Source: an uncultured Alphaproteobacteria bacterium (lineage in GTDB: Bacteria > Pseudomonadota > Alphaproteobacteria > Rhizobiales > Xanthobacteraceae). Taken from it: a DNA stretch of 64,000 nt. Every line of letters starts with the position of its first letter. The stretch's first letter is position 1. The notes beneath the pieces are model-generated. The model was not told the DNA's origin and made no database searches. It saw only the letters and a list, made by a program, of their open reading frames with translations. The stretch is from positions 65,785-129,784 of the forward strand of contig CAVZQH010000004.1 in assembly GCA_963777375.1 (NCBI GenBank). The letters are read 5' to 3'. Positions 1 to 11,110 of the stretch are shown here, in pieces. Position numbers and translations under genes: made by a program.

Positions 1-65
1 AGGCGAACCAGCGTGTCCAGCCGCACATTGCGCGGCCGATCATAGATCCGCGGCAGACCGAACAT
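1..65 (-). CDS. 5' end of a CDS running off the left edge (MFGLPRIYDRPRNVRLDTLVRL...). Faintly reminiscent of RegB/ActS-type sensor kinase N-termini
   Basis: Hand translation of the reverse strand from ATG 65..63, open to the window edge. Only 21 codons are visible, so the product is a guess. Confidence 0.3.
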   Translation of the reverse strand, partial: MFGLPRIYDRPRNVRLDTLVR

Positions 66-190
66 GGCCGCCAATGTAGCGGCTGCGCGGCGCCGCGATC
101 CAAACCGGCGCAAGGTGCCGCTGGCGCCGGCCGGCGCGAATGCGCGAAACTAGCGCGCAAGGTCAACCAGCTCTTCGAGGAGTGACCGCA

Positions 191-734
191 ATGGCCTACG
201 AGCTCGATCAGTTCATCGCGGATTGTCGTTCCATCCTGGCGCGCGATCCCGGCCCGAAGGGCCGCGAGGAGGTGCGCACCCAGCTCGAACAGCTGCTGCA
301 GCAATCCCGACTTCGTCCGCAAGCATTGCGGCGAGGATGCGCCGCGCGGCCTGCATGTGCTCTACGAGGACCCGAAGCTCGGCTTCCAGATCCTCGCCCA
401 CATCAACGACAAGGCGCGGGTGTCGCCGCCGCACGATCACGGCGCCTCGTGGGCGATCTACGGCCAGGCCACCCATTACACCGACATGATCGAATGGGAG
501 CGCGAGGACGACGGCGGCGATCCCGAGCACGCCAAGCTCAAGCCGGTGAAGAAATACCGCCTGATGCCCGGCCATGCCGGCATCTATCAGGACGGCAAAA
601 TTCATTCGATCGACTATCCCGATTATGCGCGCTTCATCCGCGTCACCGGGACCAATCTCGACCGCATCGACCGCGTGCGCTTCGACCTGAAGACCGGCGA
701 GGTGCATCAGATGACGCCGCAGCAGGCGACGTGA
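191..734 (+). pseudogene. Cupin, cysteine-dioxygenase-type (frameshifted as read)
   Basis: The N-terminus MAYELDQFIADCRSILARDPGPKGREEVRTQLEQLL lies in the frame of ORF 140..1354. The cupin core (PPHDHGASWAIYGQ...GKIHSIDYP) lies in ORF 357..734. One frame change near 300-355. Confidence 0.6.
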
Positions 735-2417
735 CGCGGCAGACGCAGGTCGCTGTCTCGGTCAGCGCCGCGCTGCGCGGCATGATCGGCGACGGCGGCG
801 AGCTCGCGCTGATCGATGTGCGCGAGGAGCTGATCTTTTCGCAGCGCCATCTGCTGCTGGCGCGCTCGGTGCCGCTGAGCCGCTTCGAGCTGAAGTTCGC
901 GCAGCTGGTGCCGCGCCGCTCGACGCGCATCGTGCTGTGCGACGACGACGACGGCCTCGCCGAACGCGCCGCCGCGATCCTGGCCCGCAACGGCTACGCG
1001 ATGTCGCGCATCCTCGACGGCGGCATCGCCGCCTGGGCAGCGGCGGGTTTCGAGCTGTTCTCCGGCGTCAACGTGCCGAGCAAGGCGTTCGGCGAATACG
1101 TCGAGCATGCCATGCGGCACGCCGAACATCGCGGCCGCCGAGCTCGAACAGCTGCTGCGCGAGCAGCGCCGACATGGTGGTGCTCGACAGCCGCCCGTTC
1201 GACGAATATGCGCGCGTGTCGATCCCGACCGCCATCAACGTGCCGGGCGCCGAGCTGGTGCTGCGCGCGCGCGACATCGCGCCGTCGCCGGACACACTGG
1301 TCGTGGTCAATTGCGCCGGCCGCACCCGCAGCATCATCGGCGCGCAATCGCTGATCAATGCCGGCGCTGCCGAACAAGGTCGTGGCGCTGCGCAACGGCA
1401 CCATGGGCTGGAGCCTCGCCGGCTTTGCCTGCGACAGCGGCAAGAATCGCCGCGCGCCGGCGTGTCTCGCCGACGACGCTGGATTGGGCGCGACAGGCGG
1501 CGCAACGCGTGGCGCAAGGCTGCGGCGTCGAGCGCATCGATCGACGCGACGCTCGAAGCTTGGCGCAGCGACACGGAGCGCACGCTCTATCTGTTCGACG
1601 TGCGCGATCCCGCCGAGTACGAAGCGGGCCATGTGGCCGGCGCGATCTCGGCGCCCGGCGGCCAACTGGTGCAGGCCACGGACCAATATGTCGGCACGCT
1701 CGGCGCCCGCATCGTGCTGGTCGACGATGCCGAGGTGCGCGCGGCGATGACCGCATCGTGGCTGCGCCAGATGGGCTGGCAGGATGTTTTCGTGCTGGCC
1801 GAGGCGGGGACCGAAACCGGCTGGCCGCGCGGCGCCGATGCTGCGATGCCGAGACGCTGCCCGACGCCGCGCATCGACAGCGCCTCGCTCGCACGACGCT
1901 GCTGTCGCGGAACGCGGCGACGGTCGTCGATCTTTCGCTGAGCCGCGATTATCTGCAAGCAGCACATTCCCGGCGCGTGGTTCGCGATCCGCACCCGGCT
2001 CGAACGGGCGCTCGCAAAAATTCCGCTGCGCGGCACGCTGGTGCTGACATCGGAGGACGGCGTCCTGGCGCGCTTGGCCGCGGCCGAAGCGGCGGCGCTG
2101 GTCGACGTACCGGTGCGTATCTTGCGGGCGGCAACGCCGCGTGGCGTGCGGCCGGCTATGCGCTCTCGGCCGAGCCGCACATGGCCGACGAAGCGGTCGA
2201 TCAATGGCGCAAGCCCTACGAGCGCACCGGCGACACCAAGGCGGCGATGAACGAGTATCTGGCGTGGGAGATCGATCTGCTGCCGCGCATCGAGCGCGAT
2301 GGCTCGCTGCGATCTTCGCATGCGCCGACCGTTTCAAGCTGCGCCGCTTCCAGCAGGATCTCGGTGAGCCGCTCCGGCATATCGACCATCACGTCATGGC
2401 CGCAGGGCACTTCGTAG
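731..2417 (+). pseudogene. Multi-domain (4x) rhodanese-like sulfurtransferase (multiple frameshifts as read)
   Basis: GTG 731 overlaps the cupin stop (GTGA). Four rhodanese-like modules are readable only by hopping between ORFs 140..1354, 937..1941, 1358..1750 and 1107..2417. One module carries a CAGRTRS (CX4R[ST]) active-site loop. At least 4 frame changes. The 3' end is uncertain because the as-read stop overlaps the convergent hydrolase. Confidence 0.6.
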
Positions 2418-3050
2418 GTGCGCCATGACGGGTCCGACTTGCAGCGCCGCGATAGGCGCGGTCGAATCCCGGATTGGCGTAGCTCTTCGCGCGGATATAG
2501 GTCTTGCGCGCGATGCGGTCGCGCGCGCCGGTGAGCAGCGATCTTGTCGGTGAAGGTCGCCGATCGGCTGCGGCACGCAGAGGCTATCGACCCAGGCGCG
2601 GTCGGCCGCGTTGACGCCGAAGGCTTCGGCAGGCCGCGGCGGGATGCCGAGATCGCCCCGCTGCAGCGCGCTGCGGACGGCCTCGCTGCACGGCGGGGCC
2701 GGTCAGGTCCTGCACCGTTTCGCCGTTGCGCGGCACGAAGGCGTCAAGGAACACGATGGAGCGGATCGCCGGCGCCATCTGCTCGGCGACGCCGGAGATG
2801 ACGAAGCCGCCGTAGGAATGGCCGCACAGCACGACGTCGTTCAGGCGCTCCCACTTCATCACATTGACGACGTCGGTGATGTGGGTCTTGAGAGTCGATT
2901 CCGGCGCGCAGCAGGTGCGCGCGCTCGCCGAGACCCGGTCAGCGTCGGCGTGAAAACGGTGTGGCCGCCGCCGCGAAGCCGGTCGGCGACCCGCCGCCAG
3001 CACCAGCCGCCGTGCCAGGCGCCGTGAACCAGGACGAAGGTGTGGGCCAT
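2216..3050 (-). pseudogene. Alpha/beta-fold hydrolase (esterase-like), multiple frameshifts as read
   Basis: MAHTFVLVHGAWHGGWCWRRVADRL (ORF 2859..3059). Nucleophile elbow VVLCGHSYGGFVISG (ORF 2584..3003). C-terminal PCGHDVMVDMPERLTEILLEA (ORF 2216..2410). At least 3 frame changes. The 3' end is uncertain. Confidence 0.6.
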
Positions 3051-3065
3051 GACGATCAATCCTCG

Positions 3066-4150
<1,085 letters not shown>

Positions 4151-4750
4151 TCACGCTACGCGCCCCACACTCCCCCACGATTTGAGCGAGGCCCACACGC
4201 CGCGGTCGAGCCGGAAGCGGTCGGCCGGCGCCGAGGAATTGATGGCGCGGATGCGGTAGAGGCCGACGCCGGTCCACTGGAAGCCGCACTTCTCCAGCAA
4301 CCGGCGCGAGGCCGGATTGCTGACGCGTGCGCCGGCCTGCAGCGCCTCGTGGCCGAGATCGCCGAAGGCATGGTCGATCACGGCGCGCACCGCCTCGGTG
4401 GCGTAGCCGCTGGCCCCAATAGGGCACGCCGAGCCAATAGCCGATCTCCGGAACGCCCTGGCGCGGGTCGACGCCGCAGACGCCGATCAGCGTGCCGTCG
4501 AGCGTGATGACGAATGTCGCCTCGCCGTCGTGCTTGTTGACCGAGGCGACGAATTGCTCGGCGTCGGCGACGCCATAGGGATGCGGCATGCGCGCGGTAT
4601 TCTCGGCAATGCGGCGATCGTTGGCGAGCACGGCGATTGCTTCTACGTCCCCACGACGCGGCGCGCGCAGCATCAGCCGCTCGGTCTCGAGGACCGGGAT
4701 ACGGCGCGCGTGCCACCGTCGCCGGCGGGGCGTTCTTCCAACAGGGTCAT
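4151..4750 (-). pseudogene. GNAT family N-acetyltransferase (RimJ/RimL-like), frameshifted as read
   Basis: [10 protein letters not shown] (frame of ORF 4673..4867), then [27 protein letters not shown]...IGYWLGVPYWG (ORF 4095..4673), then AVIDHAFGDLGHEALQAGARVSNPASRRLLEKCGF (ORF 4151..4390). Two frame changes. Confidence 0.7.
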
Positions 4751-4765
4751 GGCATGGGCTCCTGC

Positions 4766-4805
4766 AAAAAAACCGAAAGGGGGAGCCGGCATCCCGGTCT
4801 CCCCC
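4766..4805 (-). terminator. Rho-independent terminator/attenuator downstream of rpmA
   Basis: On the minus strand, the stem GGGGGAG / CTCCCCC (4779..4785 pairs with 4799..4805) has a 13-nt loop and is followed by TTTCGGTTTTTTT (plus-strand A-run 4766..4772). It lies 67 nt after the rpmA stop and 16 nt before the GNAT start. Confidence 0.6.
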
Positions 4806-4871
4806 TTTTCGGAGCCCATTAGGGTCCGCCGGTGCGACTGGATGCCGGCGGACCTCATATGATCCACCGTG

Positions 4872-5144
4872 TTACTGGGCCGCTGCCTCCGTCATCGGAA
4901 GTACCGATACGAAAACGCGGCCTTTGGCTTTGGTACGGAACTCGATCTTGCCGTTGATCAACGCGAACAACGTGTGGTCCCTGCCGATGCCGACATTGCG
5001 GCCGGCATGCCATTTGGTGCCGCGCTGGCGCGCGATGATGTTGCCGGCGACGACCTGCTCGCCGCCGAAAATCTTGATTCCCAGCCGCTGACCGCCTGAA
5101 TCACGGCCGTTGCGTGAGGATCCGCCTGCTTTCTTATGAGCCAT
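4872..5144 (-). CDS. rpmA: 50S ribosomal protein L27
   Basis: Intact 90-aa [51 protein letters not shown], the canonical L27 N-terminus. Confidence 0.95.
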   Translation of the reverse strand: MAHKKAGGSSRNGRDSGGQRLGIKIFGGEQVVAGNIIARQRGTKWHAGRNVGIGRDHTLFALINGKIEFRTKAKGRVFVSVLPMTEAAAQ

Positions 5145-5201
5145 TGCTCGCCGTCCTGAACCTCTATGATCTCGATAACCCGGCTTCGTGACAAAATCAT
5201 C

Positions 5202-5715
5202 TCACTTTTTGCTACGCTTTGCCCGCAGATGACGGCTTTTTGACTGGCCGCTTTGCACGGCTGTCGGGCTTGGTTTCTTGGCCGCTGTCGCGCGCTTAGG
5301 CTTCTCTGCAGATGCGCGCCGTTCCGCTGCCTTCGCCGGCGTCTGGCGGCGCCGGCTTCTTGGCGCGCTGCGGCTTGCGGCGTGTTCCTCGCTCGGCTTG
5401 CGGCCCTCGGTCAGGATTTCCGTGATGCGGACCAACGTGAATTCCTGGCGGTGGCCGCGCTTGCGGCGGGAGTTCTTTCGCCGCCGCTTCTTGAACGCGA
5501 TGATTTTCGGCCCGCGGCCCTGTTCGATCACCTCGGCGGCGATCGATGCGCCGGCGACCGTCGGGGCGCCCGCCTGCACGTTATCGCCGCCCACGAGAAG
5601 GACCTCGCCGAACTGGACGATCTCGCCCAGGCTCGCCCTTGATCTTGTCGATCTGGAGCTTGTCTTCGGCGGCCACCCGATACTGCTTGCCGCCCGTTTT
5701 GAAGACCGCGAACAT
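5202..5715 (-). pseudogene. rplU: 50S ribosomal protein L21 with Lys/Ala-rich C-terminal extension (one frameshift as read)
   Basis: [30 protein letters not shown] (ORF 5581..5781) continues as [52 protein letters not shown] (ORF 5202..5594). The shift is at a GG>GGG run near 5626..5628. Sits directly upstream of rpmA. Confidence 0.9.
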
Positions 5716-6125
5716 CTTTTTCGTCCTCGTGTTCGATTCCGGTGCTCGGATTTTTGTCCGGACCGGCTTCTTGCAGGTCAATTCTGTTGCTGGTTAAGGT
5801 CACCAATAAGGGCGTCCGCGGACCTTATGGCGGGACCATAAGTCCCTGTCAAGAAAAGCAAAGCTCGATATTTTGCGCGTGCCGGGGCGAGATTGTGCGA
5901 CCGCTGGGCATCCCCGGAATCAGACTGAATTTGGTCGCTTTTTCGCGCCGCCGCGGCGACGTGCCGCTGGCCGGTTACCGTCGTCGGCGGTTGGAAGCAT
6001 TCGCGGAATCCGGAATCGTAGCCTCGAGCGGGATTATGCGCGAAGCTGATATAGGCGGCATCGCCTAGGCGCGCGGCAACGGAGGAACGGTGATGGGAGG
6101 CTGTCGCGGCGTACGTTGCTAGCCG

Positions 6126-7073
6126 TTGCGGTTCCCGCGATGGCGGCAAAGACGGTCGTGGGCGCAGAGTGCCGGGGATTATCCAAACCGACCGGTTACG
6201 TTCGTCGTCCCTTTCACACCTGCCGGCAGTACCGACATTCTTGCACGCCTGCTTGGCCAAAAGCTCGCGCAACGGCTCGGCAAGTCTTTTGTGGTCGAAA
6301 ATCGGCCCGGTGCCGGCACGATCATCGCGACCAACTACGTCGCGAAATCCCCGGCCGACGGCTATACGATCATGATGTCGGTCTCGTCACTTGCGATCAA
6401 CGCAACGCTCTACAAGAAACTGCCCTACGATCCGGCCAAGGATTTGGCGCTGGTTGCACTGATTGCTTCAGTGCCCTTCGTACTGGTCGTCAGCCCGTCG
6501 CTGCCGGCGCACAGCGTCGACGAACTCATCACTCTCGCCAAGCGGAGGCCGCTGAGCTTTGGCTCCGGAGGGATTGGTTCGTTCCATCATCTGGCGGCCG
6601 AGCTGTTCGCCAGCATGACCGGGATCAAGATGACGCATGTGCCCTACAAGGGCACGGCGCCTGCGCTCAACGATCTGATAGGCGGCTATATCCAGCTCAT
6701 GTTCAGCGATCTCGGTCCGGCGCTGCCGCTGATCAAGGCCGAGAAGCTGCGCGGGCTCGCGGTAACGAGCATGGAACGCTGCGCGGCGGCGCCCGAATTC
6801 CCGCCGCTCTCGGAAGCCGGCGTGCCCGGTTACGATGCGGCCGCCTGGCAAGGGGTGATCGCACCGGCGCAGACTTCCAAGGACATCCTCGCCAAACTCA
6901 ATACCCAGCTCAACGCCATTGTGGCCGTGGATGACGTCCGCGGCCGGCTGACCGATCTCGGCATGAATCCGATCGGGAAGGGTAACCCGGATGAGCTCGA
7001 TCGTTTCCTCCAATCCGAAATCGTGCGCTGGGCCAAGGTTGTCCAGGCCGCCGGAATCGCCGGATCCGAGTGA
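6126..7073 (+). CDS. Tripartite tricarboxylate transporter substrate-binding protein (TctC/Bug family), 5' end disturbed
   Basis: 315-aa ORF with YPNRPVTFVVPFTPAGSTDILARLL...VENRPGAG, the Bug-family signature region. The signal-peptide-like LLAVAVPAMAAKTVVGA lies in another frame (ORF 6116..) after ATG 6093, suggesting 1-2 indels in the first 80 nt. Confidence 0.8.
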   Translation: MRFPRWRQRRSWAQSAGDYPNRPVTFVVPFTPAGSTDILARLLGQKLAQRLGKSFVVENRPGAGTIIATNYVAKSPADGYTIMMSVSSLAINATLYKKLPYDPAKDLALVALIASVPFVLVVSPSLPAHSVDELITLAKRRPLSFGSGGIGSFHHLAAELFASMTGIKMTHVPYKGTAPALNDLIGGYIQLMFSDLGPALPLIKAEKLRGLAVTSMERCAAAPEFPPLSEAGVPGYDAAAWQGVIAPAQTSKDILAKLNTQLNAIVAVDDVRGRLTDLGMNPIGKGNPDELDRFLQSEIVRWAKVVQAAGIAGSE

Positions 7074-7167
7074 TTGTCATGAATGGTGCGGGTTTGGAAT
7101 AATCGCGCCATTCGAAAGCCGGTCGCCTTGATCTCCAGGTGTCCCCGTGTCGCAGCTTTGAGGTCCA

Positions 7168-8103
7168 TTGGCCGTGCCAACGTTCGCAGCAGATGAAGTC
7201 GATCGGCAGCTACCGGCCGGCGATGAAATATTCCTCGATCATGTCGGCCATTTCGTGCGCGAGCCTGAGGCCGCGAGCCGCGCGCTCGAGCGCGCGGGGT
7301 TTGCGCCGACGCCGGTTTCAATCCAGGTCAATTCTGGCGTAGCTGGCGGGACGCGGCTGACCGGGACTGGCAATGTCACAGTGATGCTGTCGCGCGGCTA
7401 TATGGAGGTTCTGTTCAAGACCGCCGATACCGTGCTCGGCCGCGAGTTCGATACGGCGCTCGCCCGTTACGCCGGAGTTCATCTCGCCGCCTTTGCGGTT
7501 GCCGATGCTGCAAAGGCGCACGATCGGCTCTCGACCGAAGGTTTTGACGTGCGAGCGCTGGTGGACATGCAACGGCCGGTCGAAACCGAGGACGGCGAGG
7601 ATACGGCCGCCTTCACGATTGCCCGCGTCGAGCCCGGTGCGATGCCCGAGGGGCGCATCCAGATGCTGGCGCATCATAGCGAACACGCGGTGTGGCAGCC
7701 GCGATGGCTGTCGCATTCGAACAGCGCCGTGAGCTTCGTCGACCTTGTCATCGGTGTCGCCGACGTCGGGGAAGCCGCGCAACGCTTCGCGCGCTTTACC
7801 GGACGTGTGGCCAAACCGACGGCGTATGGAGTGACGTTACATCTCGACCGCGGCGGCGTGCTGCTCGTCACCCATGACGCGCTGACGGAGATTTTGCCGG
7901 AATGCGCCATTGCCACCATGCCGTTTATCGCCGGCTACGCGGTGGGTGTGCAATCGCTCGCAGCCGCCGAACAGGCAGTAGATGGCGCGGGCCTCGAGTG
8001 GCGCGCCTTCGAGGACGGCATCGTCGCTTGCTTCCCGGTCGAGCTCGGCGAGGGCGCGTGGTTTTTTGTTGAACGCGCGGCGGCGCTGCCGTGGCGGCGC
8101 TGA
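7168..8103 (+). CDS. VOC-superfamily protein with glyoxalase-like domain
   Basis: Intact 311-aa ORF. FLDHVGHFV...GTGNVTVMLSRGYMEVLF resembles the glyoxalase-like (Glyoxalase_3-type) fold as I recall it. Confidence 0.55.
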   Translation: MAVPTFAADEVDRQLPAGDEIFLDHVGHFVREPEAASRALERAGFAPTPVSIQVNSGVAGGTRLTGTGNVTVMLSRGYMEVLFKTADTVLGREFDTALARYAGVHLAAFAVADAAKAHDRLSTEGFDVRALVDMQRPVETEDGEDTAAFTIARVEPGAMPEGRIQMLAHHSEHAVWQPRWLSHSNSAVSFVDLVIGVADVGEAAQRFARFTGRVAKPTAYGVTLHLDRGGVLLVTHDALTEILPECAIATMPFIAGYAVGVQSLAAAEQAVDGAGLEWRAFEDGIVACFPVELGEGAWFFVERAAALPWRR

Positions 8104-8161
8104 TGGCCAGGGACGCCTACTCGGCGGGAGCTTTCTTGCTTTCAGCAGGGACGCTGCACCG

Positions 8162-9142
8162 CTATTGCTCTTGAATCCCGGCGCTGACGACAACGTCGTG
8201 CCATTTCTTGAGGTCGGCGCGGATACGGTCGGCGAGCGCTTGCGGTGTGCTCGGCTCGGCCTCGACGCCCATTTTTCCCAAGGTCTCAACCACGCCGCTG
8301 TCGTGCAATATCACGTTCATATCGCTGTTGAGCCGGTTCACAATCGATGTCGGCGTGCCAGCCGGTGCATAGATCGCCTGCCAGAGCACACATTCGTAAC
8401 CGGGCAGGCCTGATTCGGCGATGGTGGGGACGTCCGCCAAGGTCGGATTGCGTTGCGCGCCCGTCACCGCAATGGCGCGCACCTTGCCCTGGCGAATAAG
8501 CGGCAATGTCGGTGGTATCGTACCGAATTGCATATCCACGCGGCCGGCGATGACATCGACGACCTCCTGTCCCGAGCCACGATAGGAGACCGGTGTGATC
8601 TCGATGTCCGCCATCTTGGCGAACAAGACGCCGGCCAGATTAGCCAGCGTCGCCGGGCCGGCCGAGGCGAAGGTAAGCGTGCGCGGCTTCGCCTTGGCGA
8701 GCGCGATGAGCTCCTGCACGGTATGCACAGGCAGGTCGGGATGGAGCGCGAGTACGAACGGCGATCCCCCGATCATCGAGATCGGCGCGAAGTCCTTGAC
8801 CGGATCATAGGCCTGCTTGGTCATGATGTTGGGCGAGACCGTATGCGTGCTCGTATTGGCGAGGCCGAGCGTGTAGCCATCGGGGTTGGCGTGCGCGACC
8901 GCCTCGGTGCCGAGACTGCCGCTGGCCCCTGGACGGTTGTCGACCACGAGTTGCTGACCCAGCCGCCCGCTGAGCTTTTGTGCGACCACACGGGCGACGA
9001 TGTCGGAACTGCTACCGGCCGGGAAGGGTACGATGAAGTGGATCGGGCGCTCCGGCCAGTTCGTCGCGCTCGACGTGTTCTGCGCCGCGGCCGGATAGGC
9101 GGCGATCGTCGCGGCGATCAGTACCAGCCCCATGCGCTTCAT
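8162..9142 (-). CDS. TctC/Bug family substrate-binding protein
   Basis: The internal start MKRMGLVLIAATIAAYPAAAQ (signal peptide) at 9142 was verified on the sequence. It is followed by WPERPIHFIVPFPAGSSSDIVARVV...VDNRPGASG. The upstream part of ORF 8162..9445 is non-coding overprint. Confidence 0.85.
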   Translation of the reverse strand: MKRMGLVLIAATIAAYPAAAQNTSSATNWPERPIHFIVPFPAGSSSDIVARVVAQKLSGRLGQQLVVDNRPGASGSLGTEAVAHANPDGYTLGLANTSTHTVSPNIMTKQAYDPVKDFAPISMIGGSPFVLALHPDLPVHTVQELIALAKAKPRTLTFASAGPATLANLAGVLFAKMADIEITPVSYRGSGQEVVDVIAGRVDMQFGTIPPTLPLIRQGKVRAIAVTGAQRNPTLADVPTIAESGLPGYECVLWQAIYAPAGTPTSIVNRLNSDMNVILHDSGVVETLGKMGVEAEPSTPQALADRIRADLKKWHDVVVSAGIQEQ

Positions 9143-9161
9143 CGCACTACTCCGATTTTTG

Positions 9162-10391
9162 TCAGGCGATCGCGTCGGCTTCCCGCAGGCTGTCGAACAA
9201 TGCGCTGCGGAGCAGGAATCTTCGCGCAAGCTTCGGATCATCGGCTGTGCGCCGCAGCTCGTCGTGATTGCGCTGACGGACCGCAGGGTCCTGTTCCGCC
9301 AGCAGCCGCTTGTTGCGGATGGTCTGCGCCTGCGTGTGCGCGACCGCGACGTGGCGGCGCTGTCGCTCATAGCGGTCGAGCACGGAATCGTCAGCCTCGT
9401 TTCGTGCAATCGCGATGAGCTTGTCGGCAAGATTGATGGCGTCATGGATGCCGCTATTCATGCCCATGGCGCCGATTGGGCTGTTCACGTGCGCGGCATC
9501 CCCGGCCAGGATAGCGCGGCCGACGCGGAATTTTCCCGCCACGCGCTGATGCACGACGTACAGATTGCTGCCGACGATGTCGAACGGCTTGCCGGTCGGC
9601 AGTAAGCCCTGCAGTCGCGCCTGCAGCGCGTCGGGCTGCATCAGCGCATTCTCGTCGGCCTTCGGATCGGTTGGAAAATGCACGCGCCAGCGATCGGGCG
9701 GACCTTTCCAATGGAACAGGTTCGACCATTCCGTCGGATCGGAAAAATAATTGCGGTCGGCGAAGCCGTGCTGGCGGAAATCATAGGCCACTTCGATGTT
9801 GAGCGTACGGTCGTCGTAGGTGAAGCCTTCAAATGCGAGGCCGAGGCCCTTGCGGATGATGCTGCGGGCACCTTCGCCGCTGACGATGTAACGGCCCTCG
9901 ATCGTCTCCTTTTCGCCGGCGGAATTGAGCACGCGCGCCGTCACGCCGTCGGCGTCTTGCTCATATGAAACGAATTCGGTCGACAGCCGCACTTCGATGT
10001 TGGGATGCGCCTTTGCCATCGCCAGCGCTTCTTCGACGATCTTGATGCGCTCACATTGCAGGACGTAAGGAAAGCGCGTGTCGTTCTTGAGGTGGACGTG
10101 ATCGAAGGCGGCGATGAGCTTGCCTTCGTGGCGGTCCCAGTAGTGAAACACCGGTGCGATGATGCCGCGCGGTTCGAGTTTCTGATAGAGCCCGACACGG
10201 TCGAGCATTTCCAGCGTCGCGGGGTGGTTGGTGCCCGCGCGCGGCACTTGGTCAAGAAAATTATCGTCGCCGAGCGCCTCGACGAGGCAGACTTTCAGGT
10301 CGGCCTGCGCCAGCGCGAGCGACAGGATGAGGCCGACGGGCCCGGCGCCGATGACGATGATGCGATCTGTGTCGGTCGGCATGGATGTCAC
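9162..10391 (-). CDS. FAD-dependent aromatic-ring monooxygenase (UbiH/PHBH-type)
   Basis: Intact 409 aa. GxGxxG motif IIVIGAGPVGL at the N-terminus. The GDAAHVNSPIGAMGMNSGIHDA motif is typical of group A flavin monooxygenases. Confidence 0.85.
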   Translation of the reverse strand: MTSMPTDTDRIIVIGAGPVGLILSLALAQADLKVCLVEALGDDNFLDQVPRAGTNHPATLEMLDRVGLYQKLEPRGIIAPVFHYWDRHEGKLIAAFDHVHLKNDTRFPYVLQCERIKIVEEALAMAKAHPNIEVRLSTEFVSYEQDADGVTARVLNSAGEKETIEGRYIVSGEGARSIIRKGLGLAFEGFTYDDRTLNIEVAYDFRQHGFADRNYFSDPTEWSNLFHWKGPPDRWRVHFPTDPKADENALMQPDALQARLQGLLPTGKPFDIVGSNLYVVHQRVAGKFRVGRAILAGDAAHVNSPIGAMGMNSGIHDAINLADKLIAIARNEADDSVLDRYERQRRHVAVAHTQAQTIRNKRLLAEQDPAVRQRNHDELRRTADDPKLARRFLLRSALFDSLREADAIA

Positions 10392-10394
10392 TCA

Positions 10395-10475
10395 GTCGTC
10401 ATGCCCGGGCTCGACCAGGGCATCCACGCAGCCGCGCCGCCATATGGATTGCCGGGTCAAGCCCGGCAATGACGG
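10395..10475. repeat. REP-like palindromic element (CGTCATGCCCGGGC...GCCCGGCAATGACG)
   Basis: Outer inverted ends GTCGTCAT / ATGACGG enclose the internal palindromes GCCCGGGC and TTGCCGGG..CCCGGCAA. Intergenic, between the monooxygenase start and the VOC stop. Confidence 0.7.
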
Positions 10476-10493
10476 AATAAGGATGCGCCTACT

Positions 10494-10874
10494 CTACGTC
10501 TTCGCCACCACTTCCTTGGTGGCGCCGGCCCAGCCGGTGTGGGTGAGGTCGAAAACGACGCCGTCCGGATCGCGAAACTTCGCCTCATAGAATGAATTGG
10601 CCGAGGTCGGCCGCCCGGCCAGATAGGAGCCGCCTGCCTCCTTGACCTTTTTCTCCGCTTCGTCGAGGTCGTCGACCCACATGCCGAAATGATAGAGACC
10701 GTTCTTCTCGTCGGCCTCGGTCTTCAACAGCGCGACGTTCATCACGCCGTCGGACATATAGATGCCGCGGCGGGCGGTGCCGGCGCGCGTCATGCCGAAG
10801 GCGTGCTCGAAAAATTTCGCCGCCTTTTCCGGGTCGGGGACGATGATCGCGATGTGGCGAAGTCTGGTGGCCAT
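10494..10874 (-). CDS. VOC family protein (glyoxalase/bleomycin-resistance/extradiol dioxygenase fold)
   Basis: Intact 126 aa. MATRLRHIAIIVPDPEKAAKFFEHAFGM...LYHFGMWVDDLDEA is the typical VOC beta-alpha-beta-beta-beta pattern. Confidence 0.8.
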   Translation of the reverse strand: MATRLRHIAIIVPDPEKAAKFFEHAFGMTRAGTARRGIYMSDGVMNVALLKTEADEKNGLYHFGMWVDDLDEAEKKVKEAGGSYLAGRPTSANSFYEAKFRDPDGVVFDLTHTGWAGATKEVVAKT

Positions 10875-10971
10875 AGGCCTCTCCTTGTTGGTTTTTGGAT
10901 ACCTGGTCCAACGTTTGGGGGAGGGCGCACCATAATAAGCGGTGCGACATTTGCAAAGCCTCGCCTTTTCT

Positions 10972-11094
10972 CGTCATTCCGGGGGGCTCGCGAAGCGAGG
11001 AGCCCGGAATCCATAACCACCGACGGTGCAAGTACTGTAATGTTCGTGGTTATGGATTCCAGGTTCGCGCCTTCGGCGCGCGCCGGAAATGACG
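10972..11094. repeat. Nested REP-like palindrome
   Basis: The outer arms CGTCATTCCGG...CCGGAAATGACG and the inner arms GGAATCCATAACCAC...GTGGTTATGGATTCC were read directly. Intergenic. Confidence 0.75.
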
Positions 11095-11110
11095 GTGAGG
11101 GGTAGACCCG

